Shown: positions 10,161 through 20,126 of the stretch, one piece after another
Numbering within the stretch: position 1 is the first letter of the stretch
How the letters are laid out: each line of letters starts with the position of its first letter
Assembly (NCBI RefSeq): GCF_058153355.1
Contig: NZ_CM177019.1
Strand: one strand, 5' to 3'
Length of the DNA stretch: 64,000 nt
The notes under the pieces: model-generated
Told to the model about the DNA's origin: nothing
The model's input: the letters and a program-made list of their open reading frames with translations, nothing else
Databases searched by the model: none
Program-made: the position numbers and the translations under genes

Positions 10161-11171
10161 TTAGCATATACGCGGAAGCGGTTCGGCGTGTGGTAAATCG
10201 AGGGTTCGTTTCACGCCATACAGACCGGCAAGACGAACACCTTTACGTTCCACCACTTCACCAATCAGCGCCGCGTCTTTCCCCAGTGGATGGGAATGTA
10301 ACGCCGCCAGCACTTGCTCTGCTGCGTTGCGTTCAACGGCGATCACCAGTTTGCCTTCGTTGGCAAAGTTAAGGGCGTCCAGCCCCAGCAGTTCGCAAAC
10401 GCCGCGCACGGCAGGTTTAACCGGCAGTGCCGCTTCTGAAATTTCAATACCACAACCGCAGGCTGCCGCGAACTCATGAACTACCGCGTTCACTCCACCA
10501 CGGGTGGCGTCACGCAGTGCCTTCACACCGGGAATATCACGCAGCGTCTGGATGAGCGGCGTCAGCACTGCGCAGTCGCTGACCAGTTCGCCATCCAGCC
10601 CCAGTTGCTCGCGCAGATTAAGAATAGTTGCTCCGTGGTCGCCGAGAGTTCCACTCACCAGCAGAACATCGCCTGCGGTTAGCGTCTGTGCGCCCCAGTG
10701 AATATTCGCCGGGATCGCGCCCATGCCAGCGGTGTTGATAAACAGTTTATCTGCCGCGCCGCGTTGCACCACTTTAGTGTCGCCTGTAACGATGGCAATG
10801 CCTGCCGCGCGGGCGGTTTCTGCCATGCTGGTCACCACGGCTTTTAGCGTCTCCATCGGCAATCCCTCTTCGAGGATAAAGCCACAAGAGAGATAGCGCG
10901 GAATAGCGCCACTGACCGCAACGTCATTCGCGGTGCCACAAATCGCCAGCTTGCCAATATTGCCACCAGGAAAGAACAGCGGGTCGATGACGTAGCTGTC
11001 GGTGGAGAACGCCAGACGGTCGCCTTCTGCCACCAGCTGCGCCAGCTCAAGGCGCGCCTGGTCTTCCTGTTCTGCCAGCCACGGATTGGCAAAAGCTTCC
11101 ATAAACAGGCTGTTGATTAATTGCTGCATCGCCTGGCCGCCGCTGCCGTGGGCGAGTTGGATATTATTCAC
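10161..11171 (-). CDS. hypE: Hydrogenase maturation protein HypE
   Basis: 336-aa ORF, last gene of the hyp cluster. Confidence 0.93.
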   Translation of the reverse strand: MNNIQLAHGSGGQAMQQLINSLFMEAFANPWLAEQEDQARLELAQLVAEGDRLAFSTDSYVIDPLFFPGGNIGKLAICGTANDVAVSGAIPRYLSCGFILEEGLPMETLKAVVTSMAETARAAGIAIVTGDTKVVQRGAADKLFINTAGMGAIPANIHWGAQTLTAGDVLLVSGTLGDHGATILNLREQLGLDGELVSDCAVLTPLIQTLRDIPGVKALRDATRGGVNAVVHEFAAACGCGIEISEAALPVKPAVRGVCELLGLDALNFANEGKLVIAVERNAAEQVLAALHSHPLGKDAALIGEVVERKGVRLAGLYGVKRTLDLPHAEPLPRIC

Positions 11172-12289
11172 GCTTCACTCTCCTGCTGACGATACTGATA
11201 CCACGCGGCGCATGCTCCCTCGGAGGAAACCATCAGCGCGCCAAACGCGGTTTGAGGATTACAGGTGTTACCAAACAGCGGGCATTGATGCGGCTTACAT
11301 TTGCCCGTCAATACTTCGCCACAACGTGCGCGCGGGTCATCGCAAACCTGCTGCGGTGCCGGGCGGAAATGCGCTTCGGCGTCAAATCGTTGATAGTCTG
11401 GCGTCAGGTGTACACCAGAAGATTCAATCACGCCTAAGCCGCGCCATTCGCTGTCGCCGTTGACACAGAACACATCCGCAATCGCCTGTTGCGCCAGCAG
11501 GTTACCGGCATCTGGCACCACCCGCCGATACTGATTTTCTACCTTGCTGTGGGCCGCTATTTTCTGCTCCACCAGCATGACCACGCCTTGTAGTAGATCA
11601 AGCGGTTCGAATCCAGCAACCACCAGAGGACGATGAAAATCACTGGCGATAAAATTATAGGCGTCGGTGCCGATAACCATACTGACGTGGCCCGGCGCGA
11701 GGAACGCATCGATACCGTTATCCGGCTGTTCCAGCAAACTGCGTAGCGTTGGGATCAGCGTAATATGCTGGCAGAAAAAGTAAAAATTTTGCACATCGCG
11801 GGCTTTCGCCTGTTGCAGAGTGATGGCCGTCGTCGGCATGGTGGTTTCAAACCCTAAGCCGAAGAACACCACTTTACGAGTTGGATTCTCCTGCGCCAGT
11901 TTCAACGCATCCATTGGCGAGTAAACGATGCGAACATCGGCACCGCGCGCTTTTGCCTGTAACAGCGACCCTTGTTTCCCTGGTACGCGCATGGCGTCGC
12001 CAAAGGTACAGAAGATGACTTCCGGATGGCTGGCAATCTCCACGCAAGTGTCGATTCTTCCCATCGGCAGTACACATACCGGGCAACCCGGACCGTGGAT
12101 AAACTCGACGTTTTCCGGCAGCAACTGGTCGAGGCCGAATTTAAAAATGGCGTGGGTATGACCGCCGCACACTTCCATAATCCGCAGAGGGCGTTCGGCG
12201 GTGTAAGAGAGATGTGAAGCACGTTCGCGTAGATGCTCAATTAACTGCATCACCTGTTCCGGCGCGCGATATTCATCAACAAAACGCAT
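11168..12289 (-). CDS. hypD: Hydrogenase maturation protein HypD
   Basis: 373-aa ORF, overlaps hypE start by 4 nt. Confidence 0.95.
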   Translation of the reverse strand: MRFVDEYRAPEQVMQLIEHLRERASHLSYTAERPLRIMEVCGGHTHAIFKFGLDQLLPENVEFIHGPGCPVCVLPMGRIDTCVEIASHPEVIFCTFGDAMRVPGKQGSLLQAKARGADVRIVYSPMDALKLAQENPTRKVVFFGLGFETTMPTTAITLQQAKARDVQNFYFFCQHITLIPTLRSLLEQPDNGIDAFLAPGHVSMVIGTDAYNFIASDFHRPLVVAGFEPLDLLQGVVMLVEQKIAAHSKVENQYRRVVPDAGNLLAQQAIADVFCVNGDSEWRGLGVIESSGVHLTPDYQRFDAEAHFRPAPQQVCDDPRARCGEVLTGKCKPHQCPLFGNTCNPQTAFGALMVSSEGACAAWYQYRQQESEA

Positions 12290-12561
12290 TATTTTTCCTC
12301 GCCATACAACAGCGCGCCGACATCCGGCTCAACGTCAAACATGTTTTGTAAGGCGTCGAGGGTGTCGCGCGCTTCGGCTTCATTAATTACGCTCATGGCA
12401 AAGCCAACGTGAACCAGTACCCACTGGCCCACGCGTGGCTGACCGTTTTCATCGCAGCTGCCGACTAACGTTAGGTCGACGTCGCGCTGAATACCGCAGA
12501 CGTCGACTTTCGCCTGGTTGCCGTCAATGGTGCGGATCTGGCCGGGAACGCCTATGCACAT
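12289..12561 (-). CDS. hypC: Hydrogenase maturation chaperone HypC
   Basis: 90 aa from conserved MCIGVPGQI start; upstream extension rejected. Confidence 0.93.
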   Translation of the reverse strand: MCIGVPGQIRTIDGNQAKVDVCGIQRDVDLTLVGSCDENGQPRVGQWVLVHVGFAMSVINEAEARDTLDALQNMFDVEPDVGALLYGEEK

Positions 12562-13424
12562 CGCTGTGTCTCCAGCCAGTTCAGCCACTGGTCCATCCCT
12601 TCGCCGCTGGTGGCGGAAATAAGGATGATTTCAATTTCTGGATTGACTTCGCGGGCGCAGGCGATGCACTTCTCAACGTCGAAATTGAGATACGGTAGCA
12701 GGTCAACTTTGTTGAGCAGCATCAGTGAGGCGGCGGCAAACATATGTGGATATTTCAGCGGTTTGTCTTCACCTTCGGTAACGGAAAGCACCGCCACTTT
12801 GTGTTTTTCACCGAGATCGAAGCTCGCCGGACATACGAGGTTGCCAACGTTTTCGATAAACAGAATACCGTTATCGTCCAGTGGCAGGCGCGGCGCGGCG
12901 TCGGCGATCATCTGTGCGTCAAGATGGCAACCTTTACCGGTATTCACCTGAATCGCTGGCGTGCCGGTAGCGCGAATGCGCGCGGCATCGTTCACGGTTT
13001 GCTGGTCGCCTTCAATCACCGCACACGGAACGCTATCTTTCAGGCGCATTAAGGTTTCAGTCAGCAGCGTGGTTTTACCGGAACCAGGGCTGGAAACCAG
13101 GTTGAGTACCAACTGATTGCGGGCAGCAAAGCGCGCTCGGTTGCGTTCAGCCAGACGGTTGTTTTTGTCCAGCACGTCAATTTCGACTTCCAGCATCCGA
13201 CGCTGGCTCATGCCCGGCGCGTGAGTGCCCGCTTCGCCATGACCGTAATGCAGGTCGCCTTCTTCAGTCTGGCTGGGGGTAAATTCAGGCGCTTTAATGC
13301 CGGTGATTTTCATCTTCGGGCGTGCCGCCGGGGCAAATGGCGCGCTACGAAACGCGGAATGAGGGTTATGTTCATCACCCTCGATATACAGGTTGCCTTC
13401 ACCGCAACCGCATGTTGTACACAT
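12552..13424 (-). CDS. hypB: Hydrogenase nickel-incorporation GTPase HypB
   Basis: 290 aa, [11 protein letters not shown]-terminal metal-binding motif, GSGKTT P-loop. Confidence 0.95.
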   Translation of the reverse strand: MCTTCGCGEGNLYIEGDEHNPHSAFRSAPFAPAARPKMKITGIKAPEFTPSQTEEGDLHYGHGEAGTHAPGMSQRRMLEVEIDVLDKNNRLAERNRARFAARNQLVLNLVSSPGSGKTTLLTETLMRLKDSVPCAVIEGDQQTVNDAARIRATGTPAIQVNTGKGCHLDAQMIADAAPRLPLDDNGILFIENVGNLVCPASFDLGEKHKVAVLSVTEGEDKPLKYPHMFAAASLMLLNKVDLLPYLNFDVEKCIACAREVNPEIEIILISATSGEGMDQWLNWLETQRCA

Positions 13425-13427
13425 CGC

Positions 13428-13778
13428 TCACTCCTGGTCTATTTCTATCCGCCGAATCTGTAAACCGTCGTCTGCCACAATTTGTAGCATGTCGCCATGA
13501 CACTGTGGACAGCGTCGGACGCGCTGGGTTAATAGCGTCACATATTGTTGGCATGTTTCGCACCAGCATTCGGCCTCTTGTTCTTCGAGGTGCAGTTTAC
13601 AACCTTCCGCTACGCTGCCGCGGCAAACCAGATCAAAACAAAAGGCAAGAGAGCTGGTTTCGACACAAGAAAATGCGCCAATTTTGAGCCAGACCCCAGT
13701 TACGCGTTTTGCACCGTGTTTTGCGGCCTGCTGTTCGATCAATTCCAGTGCCCGTTGGCAGAGGGTTATTTCGTGCAT
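13428..13778 (-). CDS. hypA: Hydrogenase nickel-incorporation protein HypA
   Basis: 116 aa from MHEITLCQ..., CxxC...CxxC zinc site. Confidence 0.93.
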   Translation of the reverse strand: MHEITLCQRALELIEQQAAKHGAKRVTGVWLKIGAFSCVETSSLAFCFDLVCRGSVAEGCKLHLEEQEAECWCETCQQYVTLLTQRVRRCPQCHGDMLQIVADDGLQIRRIEIDQE

Positions 13779-13806
13779 ATCGCCTCCCATTAACTATTGC
13801 CAGCTA

Positions 13807-13824
13807 CAAGCAATAATTGTGCCA
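13807..13824 (-). promoter_or_regulatory. sigma54 (-24/-12) promoter for the hyp operon
   Basis: Minus-strand reading TGGCACaattaTTGCTTG, close match to TGGCAC-N5-TTGC. Confidence 0.6.
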
Positions 13825-13850
13825 GTGTTGATTATCCCTAAAGTGAATAA

Positions 13851-13890
13851 TGTCGATGATGTCGAAATGACACGTCGACACGGCGACGAA
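13851..13890. promoter_or_regulatory. Candidate FhlA upstream activating sequence in the hyp-hyc divergent region
   Basis: Repeated TGTCGA-type half-sites tgtcgatgatgtcgaaatgacacgtcgacacgg between two sigma54 promoters. Confidence 0.4.
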
Positions 13891-13937
13891 ATTCACCAGA
13901 ATCCTAAAAATCTCTTTTATAACAATAAATTAAAAGT

Positions 13938-13954
13938 TGGCACAAAAAATGCTT
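13938..13954 (+). promoter_or_regulatory. sigma54 (-24/-12) promoter for the hyc operon
   Basis: TGGCACaaaaaaTGCTT with GG and GC spaced as in the sigma54 consensus, ~35 bp upstream of hycA. Confidence 0.55.
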
Positions 13955-13989
13955 AAAGCTGGCATCTCTGTTAAACGGGTAACCTGACA

Positions 13990-14451
13990 ATGACTATTTG
14001 GGAAATAAGCGAGAAAGCCGATTACATCGCACAGCGGCATCGTCGCCTACAGGACCAGTGGCATCTCTACTGCAATTCGCTGGTTCAGGGGATCACGTTA
14101 TCGAAAGCGCGCCTGCATCACGCCATGAGCTGTGCGCCAGACAAAGAACTCTGTTTCGTCCTTTTTGAACATTTTCGCATTTACGTCACCCTGGCGGATG
14201 GCTTTAACAGCCACACCATCGAGTATTACGTCGAAACGAAAGAGGGTGAAGAAAAACAGCGGATTGCGCAGGCACAATTGAGCATTGACGGAATGATAGA
14301 TGGCAAGGTCAACATCCGCGATCGCGAACAGGTACTGGAACACTATCTCGAAAAAATCGCTGGCGTTTACGACAGCTTATACACCGCCATTGAAAACAAT
14401 GTACCGGTGAATTTAAGCCAACTGGTAAAGGGACAAAGCCCGGCGGCATGA
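13990..14451 (+). CDS. hycA: Formate hydrogenlyase regulatory protein HycA
   Basis: 153-aa ORF in conserved position. Confidence 0.93.
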   Translation: MTIWEISEKADYIAQRHRRLQDQWHLYCNSLVQGITLSKARLHHAMSCAPDKELCFVLFEHFRIYVTLADGFNSHTIEYYVETKEGEEKQRIAQAQLSIDGMIDGKVNIRDREQVLEHYLEKIAGVYDSLYTAIENNVPVNLSQLVKGQSPAA

Positions 14452-14575
14452 GCTGAGGCTTTGCCCGTTTTGCAGGCGTTACGCCTGTTTGGGGATGGGC
14501 GTGTCGATGAGTGTCGAAAATGACATTTCATCGGCATGTTTTCGTCAAAAATGACAATCACCTGAGGAATGCCTG

Positions 14576-15098
14576 GTGAATCGTTTTGTAATTGCTGACT
14601 CCACGCTCTGTATCGGCTGCCACACCTGTGAGGCCGCCTGTTCAGAGACGCATCGCCAGCACGGCCTGCAATCAATGCCGCGCCTGCGAGTGATGCTAAA
14701 TGAAAAAGAATCTGCGCCGCAGCTCTGTCACCACTGTGAAGATGCACCCTGTGCGGTGGTCTGCCCGGTTAACGCTATCACCCGCGTTGATGGGGCAGTG
14801 CAGCTGAATGAAAGCCTGTGCGTAAGCTGCAAACTGTGCGGCACCGCCTGCTCCGGCGCGTGTCAGCACGTTGCTTGACTGGGTGCCGGGTATACGCGCG
14901 ATCGCCGTCAAATGTGACCTCTGTAGCTTTGATGAACAAGGTCCAGCCTGCGTGCGGATGTGCCCAACCAAAGCCCTGCATCTGGTGGATAACACCGATA
15001 TCGCCCGCGTCAGCAAGCGTAAGCGTGAGCTGACCTTTAACACGGACTTTGGCGATCTCACCTTGTTTCAGCAGGCTCAAAGTGGAGAGGCTAAATGA
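14576..15098 (+). pseudogene. hycB: hycB (formate hydrogenlyase 4Fe-4S ferredoxin subunit) disrupted by a frame-shifting internal deletion
   Basis: GTG-start ORF 14576..14878 (100 aa) carries three CxxCxxCxxxC motifs and stops at TGA; the rest, with the fourth motif CDLCSFDEQGPACVRMCP, continues in another frame to 15098. The paralog hydN in this window is one uninterrupted ORF. Confidence 0.7.
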
Positions 15099-16921
15099 GC
15101 GCAATTTCCCTGATCAATAGCGGCGTGGCGTGGTTTGTTGCTGCCGCTGTTCTGGCATTTCTCTTTTCTTTTCAAAAGGCGTTAAGCGGCTGGATTGCCG
15201 GAATTGGCGGCGCGGTGGGTAGCCTGTATACGGCAGCCGCAGGCTTCACTGTGCTGACTGGCGCGGTTGGCGTGAGCGGCGCGTTGTCGCTGGTAAGCTA
15301 CAATGTGCAAATCTCTCCGCTTAATGCGATTTGGCTGATAACCCTCGGCCTGTGCGGTCTGTTTGTCAGCCTTTACAACATTGACTGGCATCGCCATGCG
15401 CAGGTGAAATGCAACGGTTTGCAAATCAATATGTTGATGGCTGCTGCCGTCTGTGCCGTCATTGCCAGCAATCTGGGCATGTTCGTAGTAATGGCAGAAA
15501 TCATGGCCCTGTGTGCGGTGTTCCTCACCAGCAACAGCAAAGAGGGCAAACTGTGGTTTGCGCTGGGGCGTCTTGGCACTTTGCTGCTGGCGATTGCTTG
15601 CTGGCTGCTGTGGCAACGTTACGGCACGCTGGATCTGCGCCTGCTGGATATGCGCATGCAACAGCTGCCGCTTGGTTCCGATATCTGGCTGCTCGGTGTG
15701 ATTGGTTTTGGCCTGCTGGCCGGGATTATCCCGCTGCACGGCTGGGTGCCACAGGCTCATGCTAACGCCTCTGCGCCAGCTGCCGCGCTGTTTTCCACGG
15801 TGGTGATGAAAATTGGCCTGCTGGGTATTTTAACCCTGTCTCTGCTGGGCGGTAATGCGCCGCTGTGGTGGGGAATTGCACTTCTGGTACTCGGCATGAT
15901 CACCGCGTTCGTCGGCGGTCTGTATGCGCTGATGGAGCACAACATTCAGCGTCTGCTGGCTTACCACACTCTGGAAAATATCGGCATCATCCTGCTGGGG
16001 CTGGGCGCTGGCGTAACGGGTATCGCGCTTGAACAACCGGCGCTGATTGCCCTTGGTCTGGTCGGTGGTCTGTACCATCTGCTTAACCATAGCCTGTTCA
16101 AGAGCGTACTGTTCCTCGGGGCTGGGAGCGTCTGGTTCCGTACCGGTCATCGCGATATTGAAAAACTCGGCGGTATTGGCAAAAAAATGCCGGTTATCTC
16201 CATCGCCATGTTGGTCGGTCTGATGGCAATGGCTGCGCTGCCACCGCTGAACGGTTTTGCCGGGGAATGGGTTATCTATCAATCCTTCTTCAAACTGAGC
16301 AATAGTGGCGCGTTTGTTGCTCGTCTTCTCGGGCCGCTGCTCGCCGTGGGGCTGGCAATTACCGGTGCGCTGGCAGTGATGTGTATGGCGAAAGTTTATG
16401 GCGTTACTTTCCTTGGCGCGCCGCGTACCAAAGAAGCCGAAAACGCCACCTGTGCGCCGCTCCTGATGAGCGTAAGCGTAGTGGCACTGGCGATTTGCTG
16501 CGTGATTGGCGGTGTTGCTGCGCCGTGGCTGCTGCCGATGTTGTCTGCTGCCGTACCTCTGCCGCTGGAGCCTGCTAATACAACCGTTTCTCAACCAATG
16601 ATCACGTTGCTGCTGATTGCCTGCCCACTTCTGCCATTCATCATTATGGCGATTTGCAAAGGCGACCGTCTGCCGTCGCGTTCCCGCGGCGCTGCCTGGG
16701 TATGTGGCTACGACCATGAAAAATCAATGGTGATTACCGCTCACGGTTTTGCCATGCCGGTGAAACAGGCATTTGCGCCAGTGCTGAAACTGCGCAAATG
16801 GCTGAATCCGGTGTCGCTGGTACCAGGCTGGCAGTGCGAGGGGAGTGCGTTGCTGTTTCGCCGGATGGCGCTGGTTGAACTGGCGGTGCTGGTGGTGATT
16901 ATTGTTTCACGAGGAGCCTGA
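15095..16921 (+). CDS. hycC: Formate hydrogenlyase membrane subunit 3
   Basis: 608-aa polytopic membrane protein. Confidence 0.95.
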   Translation: MSAISLINSGVAWFVAAAVLAFLFSFQKALSGWIAGIGGAVGSLYTAAAGFTVLTGAVGVSGALSLVSYNVQISPLNAIWLITLGLCGLFVSLYNIDWHRHAQVKCNGLQINMLMAAAVCAVIASNLGMFVVMAEIMALCAVFLTSNSKEGKLWFALGRLGTLLLAIACWLLWQRYGTLDLRLLDMRMQQLPLGSDIWLLGVIGFGLLAGIIPLHGWVPQAHANASAPAAALFSTVVMKIGLLGILTLSLLGGNAPLWWGIALLVLGMITAFVGGLYALMEHNIQRLLAYHTLENIGIILLGLGAGVTGIALEQPALIALGLVGGLYHLLNHSLFKSVLFLGAGSVWFRTGHRDIEKLGGIGKKMPVISIAMLVGLMAMAALPPLNGFAGEWVIYQSFFKLSNSGAFVARLLGPLLAVGLAITGALAVMCMAKVYGVTFLGAPRTKEAENATCAPLLMSVSVVALAICCVIGGVAAPWLLPMLSAAVPLPLEPANTTVSQPMITLLLIACPLLPFIIMAICKGDRLPSRSRGAAWVCGYDHEKSMVITAHGFAMPVKQAFAPVLKLRKWLNPVSLVPGWQCEGSALLFRRMALVELAVLVVIIVSRGA

Positions 16922-16923
16922 GA

Positions 16924-17847
16924 ATGAGTGTTTTATATCCGTTAATTCAGGCGCTGGTGTTATTTGCCGTTGCGCCGCTGCTCTCCGGTATTACCCGCGT
17001 GGCGCGCGCCCGCTTGCATAACCGTCGCGGGCCGGGCGTGTTGCAGGAGTATCGCGACATTATCAAACTGCTGGGTCGTCAGAGCGTTGGTCCCGATGCC
17101 TCCGGCTGGGTGTTCCGCCTGACACCGTACGTAATGGTTGGCGTCATGTTGACTATCGCTACCGCGCTGCCGGTAGTGACTGTCGGTTCTCCGCTGCCGC
17201 AACTGGGGGATTTGATCACTTTACTGTATCTCTTCGCCATTGCGCGTTTCTTCTTTGCCATTTCTGGTCTGGATACCGGTAGTCCGTTTACTGCTATTGG
17301 CGCGAGCCGTGAAGCGATGCTGGGCGTGCTGGTTGAACCGATGCTGCTGCTTGGTCTGTGGGTCGCCGCGCAGGTGGCCGGTTCCACCAACATCAGCAAC
17401 ATCACCGACACCGTTTATCACTGGCCGCTGAGCCAGAGCATTCCGCTGGTGCTGGCGCTCTGTGCCTGCGCATTCGCCACCTTTATCGAAATGGGCAAAC
17501 TGCCGTTCGACCTGGCGGAAGCCGAGCAGGAGCTGCAGGAAGGTCCGCTCTCTGAGTACAGCGGCAGCGGCTTTGGCGTCATGAAATGGGGTATCAGCCT
17601 GAAACAGCTGGTGGTGTTACAGATGTTCGTCGGGGTGTTTATTCCGTGGGGACAAATGGAAACCTTCACTGCCGGTGGGCTGCTGCTGGCGCTGGTGATT
17701 GCCATCGTCAAACTGGTGGTCGGCGTACTGGTTATCGCGCTGTTCGAAAACAGCATGGCCCGTCTGCGTCTTGATATTACACCACGCATTACCTGGGCTG
17801 GTTTTGGCTTTGCATTTTTAGCGTTCGTCTCCTTGCTGGCGGCGTGA
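16924..17847 (+). CDS. hycD: Formate hydrogenlyase membrane subunit 4
   Basis: 307-aa membrane protein. Confidence 0.95.
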   Translation: MSVLYPLIQALVLFAVAPLLSGITRVARARLHNRRGPGVLQEYRDIIKLLGRQSVGPDASGWVFRLTPYVMVGVMLTIATALPVVTVGSPLPQLGDLITLLYLFAIARFFFAISGLDTGSPFTAIGASREAMLGVLVEPMLLLGLWVAAQVAGSTNISNITDTVYHWPLSQSIPLVLALCACAFATFIEMGKLPFDLAEAEQELQEGPLSEYSGSGFGVMKWGISLKQLVVLQMFVGVFIPWGQMETFTAGGLLLALVIAIVKLVVGVLVIALFENSMARLRLDITPRITWAGFGFAFLAFVSLLAA

Positions 17848-17864
17848 TTAAAGAGAGTTTGAGC

Positions 17865-19574
17865 ATGTCTGAAGAAAAATTAGGTCAACATTATCTCGCC
17901 GCGCTGAATGAGGCATTTCCGGGCGTCGTGCTGGACCACGCCTGGCAGACCAAAGATCAGCTGACTGTCACCGTGAAGGTGAACTATCTGCCGGAAGTGG
18001 TGGAGTTCCTCTACTACAAGCAGGGGGGCTGGCTGTCGGTGCTGTTTGGTAACGACGAACGCAAACTGAATGGTCATTACGCCGTTTATTACGTGCTGTC
18101 GATGGAGAAGGGCACCAAGTGTTGGATTACGGTTCGCGTCGAAGTTGACGCCAACAAACCAGAATATCCGTCCGTGACGCCGCGCGTTCCGGCGGCGGTG
18201 TGGGGCGAGCGTGAAGTGCGCGATATGTACGGTTTGATTCCGGTAGGGCTTCCGGATGAACGCCGTCTGGTGCTGCCGGATGACTGGCCGGATGAACTCT
18301 ACCCTCTGCGTAAAGACAGCATGGATTATCGTCAACGTCCGGCACCAACTACTGATGCTGAAACCTACGAGTTCATCAACGAACTGGGCGATAAGAAAAA
18401 CAATGTCGTGCCGATTGGTCCGCTGCACGTCACTTCTGACGAACCGGGCCACTTCCGTCTGTTCGTTGATGGCGAAAACATTATCGACGCCGACTACTGC
18501 CTGTTCTATGTCCATCGCGGCATGGAAAAACTGGCGGAAACCCGCATGGGTTACAACGAAGTGACCTTCCTCTCTGACCGAGTTTGTGGGATCTGCGGCT
18601 TTGCCCACAGCACCGCTTACACCACATCGGTGGAAAACGCGATGGGTATTCAGGTGCCAGAACGTGCGCAGATGATCCGCGCCATTTTGCTGGAAGTGGA
18701 ACGCCTGCACTCGCATCTGCTCAACCTTGGCCTTGCCTGCCACTTTACTGGCTTTGACTCCGGTTTTATGCAGTTCTTCCGCGTGCGTGAAACCTCCATG
18801 AAAATGGCGGAGATCCTTACCGGTGCGCGTAAAACCTACGGCCTGAACCTGATCGGCGGGATTCGTCGCGATCTGCTGAAAGACGACATGATCCAGACCC
18901 GTCAACTGGCGCAACAAATGCGTCGTGAAGTACAGGAGCTGGTGGATGTGCTGCTGAGTACGCCAAACATGGAACAGCGCACTGTCGGCATTGGTCGTCT
19001 GGACCCGGAAATTGCCCGCGACTTCAGTAACGTCGGCCCGATGGTCCGCGCCAGTGGTCACGCCCGCGATACCCGCGCCGATCACCCGTTTGTTGGCTAT
19101 GGCTTACTGCCAATGGAAGTTCACAGTGAGCAGGGCTGCGATGTGATTTCCCGTCTGAAAGTGCGTATCAACGAAGTCTATACCGCGCTGAACATGATTG
19201 ACTACGGTCTGGATAACCTGCCGGGCGGCCCGCTGATGGTGGAAGGCTTTACCTACATTCCGCACCGTTTTGCGCTGGGCTTTGCCGAAGCGCCGCGTGG
19301 CGATGATATCCACTGGAGTATGACCGGCGACAACCAGAAGCTGTACCGCTGGCGCTGCCGTGCCGCGACCTACGCGAACTGGCCGACCCTGCGCTACATG
19401 CTGCGCGGCAACACCGTTTCTGATGCGCCGCTGATTATTGGTAGCCTGGACCCTTGCTACTCCTGTACCGACCGCATGACCGTGGTCGATGTGCGTAAGA
19501 AGAAGAGCAAAGTGGTGCCGTACAAAGAACTTGAGCGCTACAGCATTGAGCGTAAAAACTCGCCGCTGAAATAA
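17865..19574 (+). CDS. hycE: Hydrogenase 3 large (NiFe) subunit
   Basis: 569 aa from MSEEKLGQHYL...; RVCGICGFAHS N-terminal and DPCYSCTDR C-terminal NiFe ligand motifs. Confidence 0.96.
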   Translation: MSEEKLGQHYLAALNEAFPGVVLDHAWQTKDQLTVTVKVNYLPEVVEFLYYKQGGWLSVLFGNDERKLNGHYAVYYVLSMEKGTKCWITVRVEVDANKPEYPSVTPRVPAAVWGEREVRDMYGLIPVGLPDERRLVLPDDWPDELYPLRKDSMDYRQRPAPTTDAETYEFINELGDKKNNVVPIGPLHVTSDEPGHFRLFVDGENIIDADYCLFYVHRGMEKLAETRMGYNEVTFLSDRVCGICGFAHSTAYTTSVENAMGIQVPERAQMIRAILLEVERLHSHLLNLGLACHFTGFDSGFMQFFRVRETSMKMAEILTGARKTYGLNLIGGIRRDLLKDDMIQTRQLAQQMRREVQELVDVLLSTPNMEQRTVGIGRLDPEIARDFSNVGPMVRASGHARDTRADHPFVGYGLLPMEVHSEQGCDVISRLKVRINEVYTALNMIDYGLDNLPGGPLMVEGFTYIPHRFALGFAEAPRGDDIHWSMTGDNQKLYRWRCRAATYANWPTLRYMLRGNTVSDAPLIIGSLDPCYSCTDRMTVVDVRKKKSKVVPYKELERYSIERKNSPLK

Positions 19575-19583
19575 GGAATCGCC

Positions 19584-20126
19584 ATGTTTACCTTTATCAA
19601 AAAAGTCATCAAAACCGGCACGGCGACCTCGTCTTACCTGCTGGAGCCGATTGCGGTTGATAAAAACTTCCGTGGTAAGCCAGAGCAGAACCCGCAGCAG
19701 TGCATCGGCTGTGCAGCCTGCGTCAATGCCTGCCCGTCAAACGCCTTAACGGTTGAAACTGACCTCGCCACCGGTGAGCTGGCGTGGGAGTTCAATCTTG
19801 GACGCTGCATCTTCTGTGGACGCTGCGAAGAAGTCTGCCCGACGGCGGCGATCAAACTGTCGCAAGAGTACGAACTGGCGGTGTGGAAGAAAGAAGATTT
19901 CCTGCAACAGTCTCGCTTCGCGCTGTGCAACTGCCGCATCTGTAATCGTCCTTTCGCCGTCCAGAAAGAGATCGACTACGCCATTGCGCTGCTTAAGCAC
20001 AATGGTGACAGCCGTGCGGAAAACCACCGCGAAAGCTTTGAGACTTGCCCGGAATGTAAGCGCCAGAAATGCCTGGTGCCGTCCGACCGTATTGAACTGA
20101 CTCGCCATATGAAAGAGGCCATCTGA
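19584..20126 (+). CDS. hycF: Formate hydrogenlyase iron-sulfur subunit 6
   Basis: 180 aa, two CxxCxxCxxxCP motifs. Confidence 0.95.
   Translation: MFTFIKKVIKTGTATSSYLLEPIAVDKNFRGKPEQNPQQCIGCAACVNACPSNALTVETDLATGELAWEFNLGRCIFCGRCEEVCPTAAIKLSQEYELAVWKKEDFLQQSRFALCNCRICNRPFAVQKEIDYAIALLKHNGDSRAENHRESFETCPECKRQKCLVPSDRIELTRHMKEAI

Noticed and set aside
15182-16717. Long minus-strand ORFs (192 and 295 aa) inside hycC
   Set aside because: Antisense to a clearly coding membrane-protein gene; low-complexity Gln/Arg-rich translations typical of shadow frames.
17880-19085. 401-aa minus-strand ORF inside hycE
   Set aside because: Antisense shadow of the hydrogenase large subunit gene.
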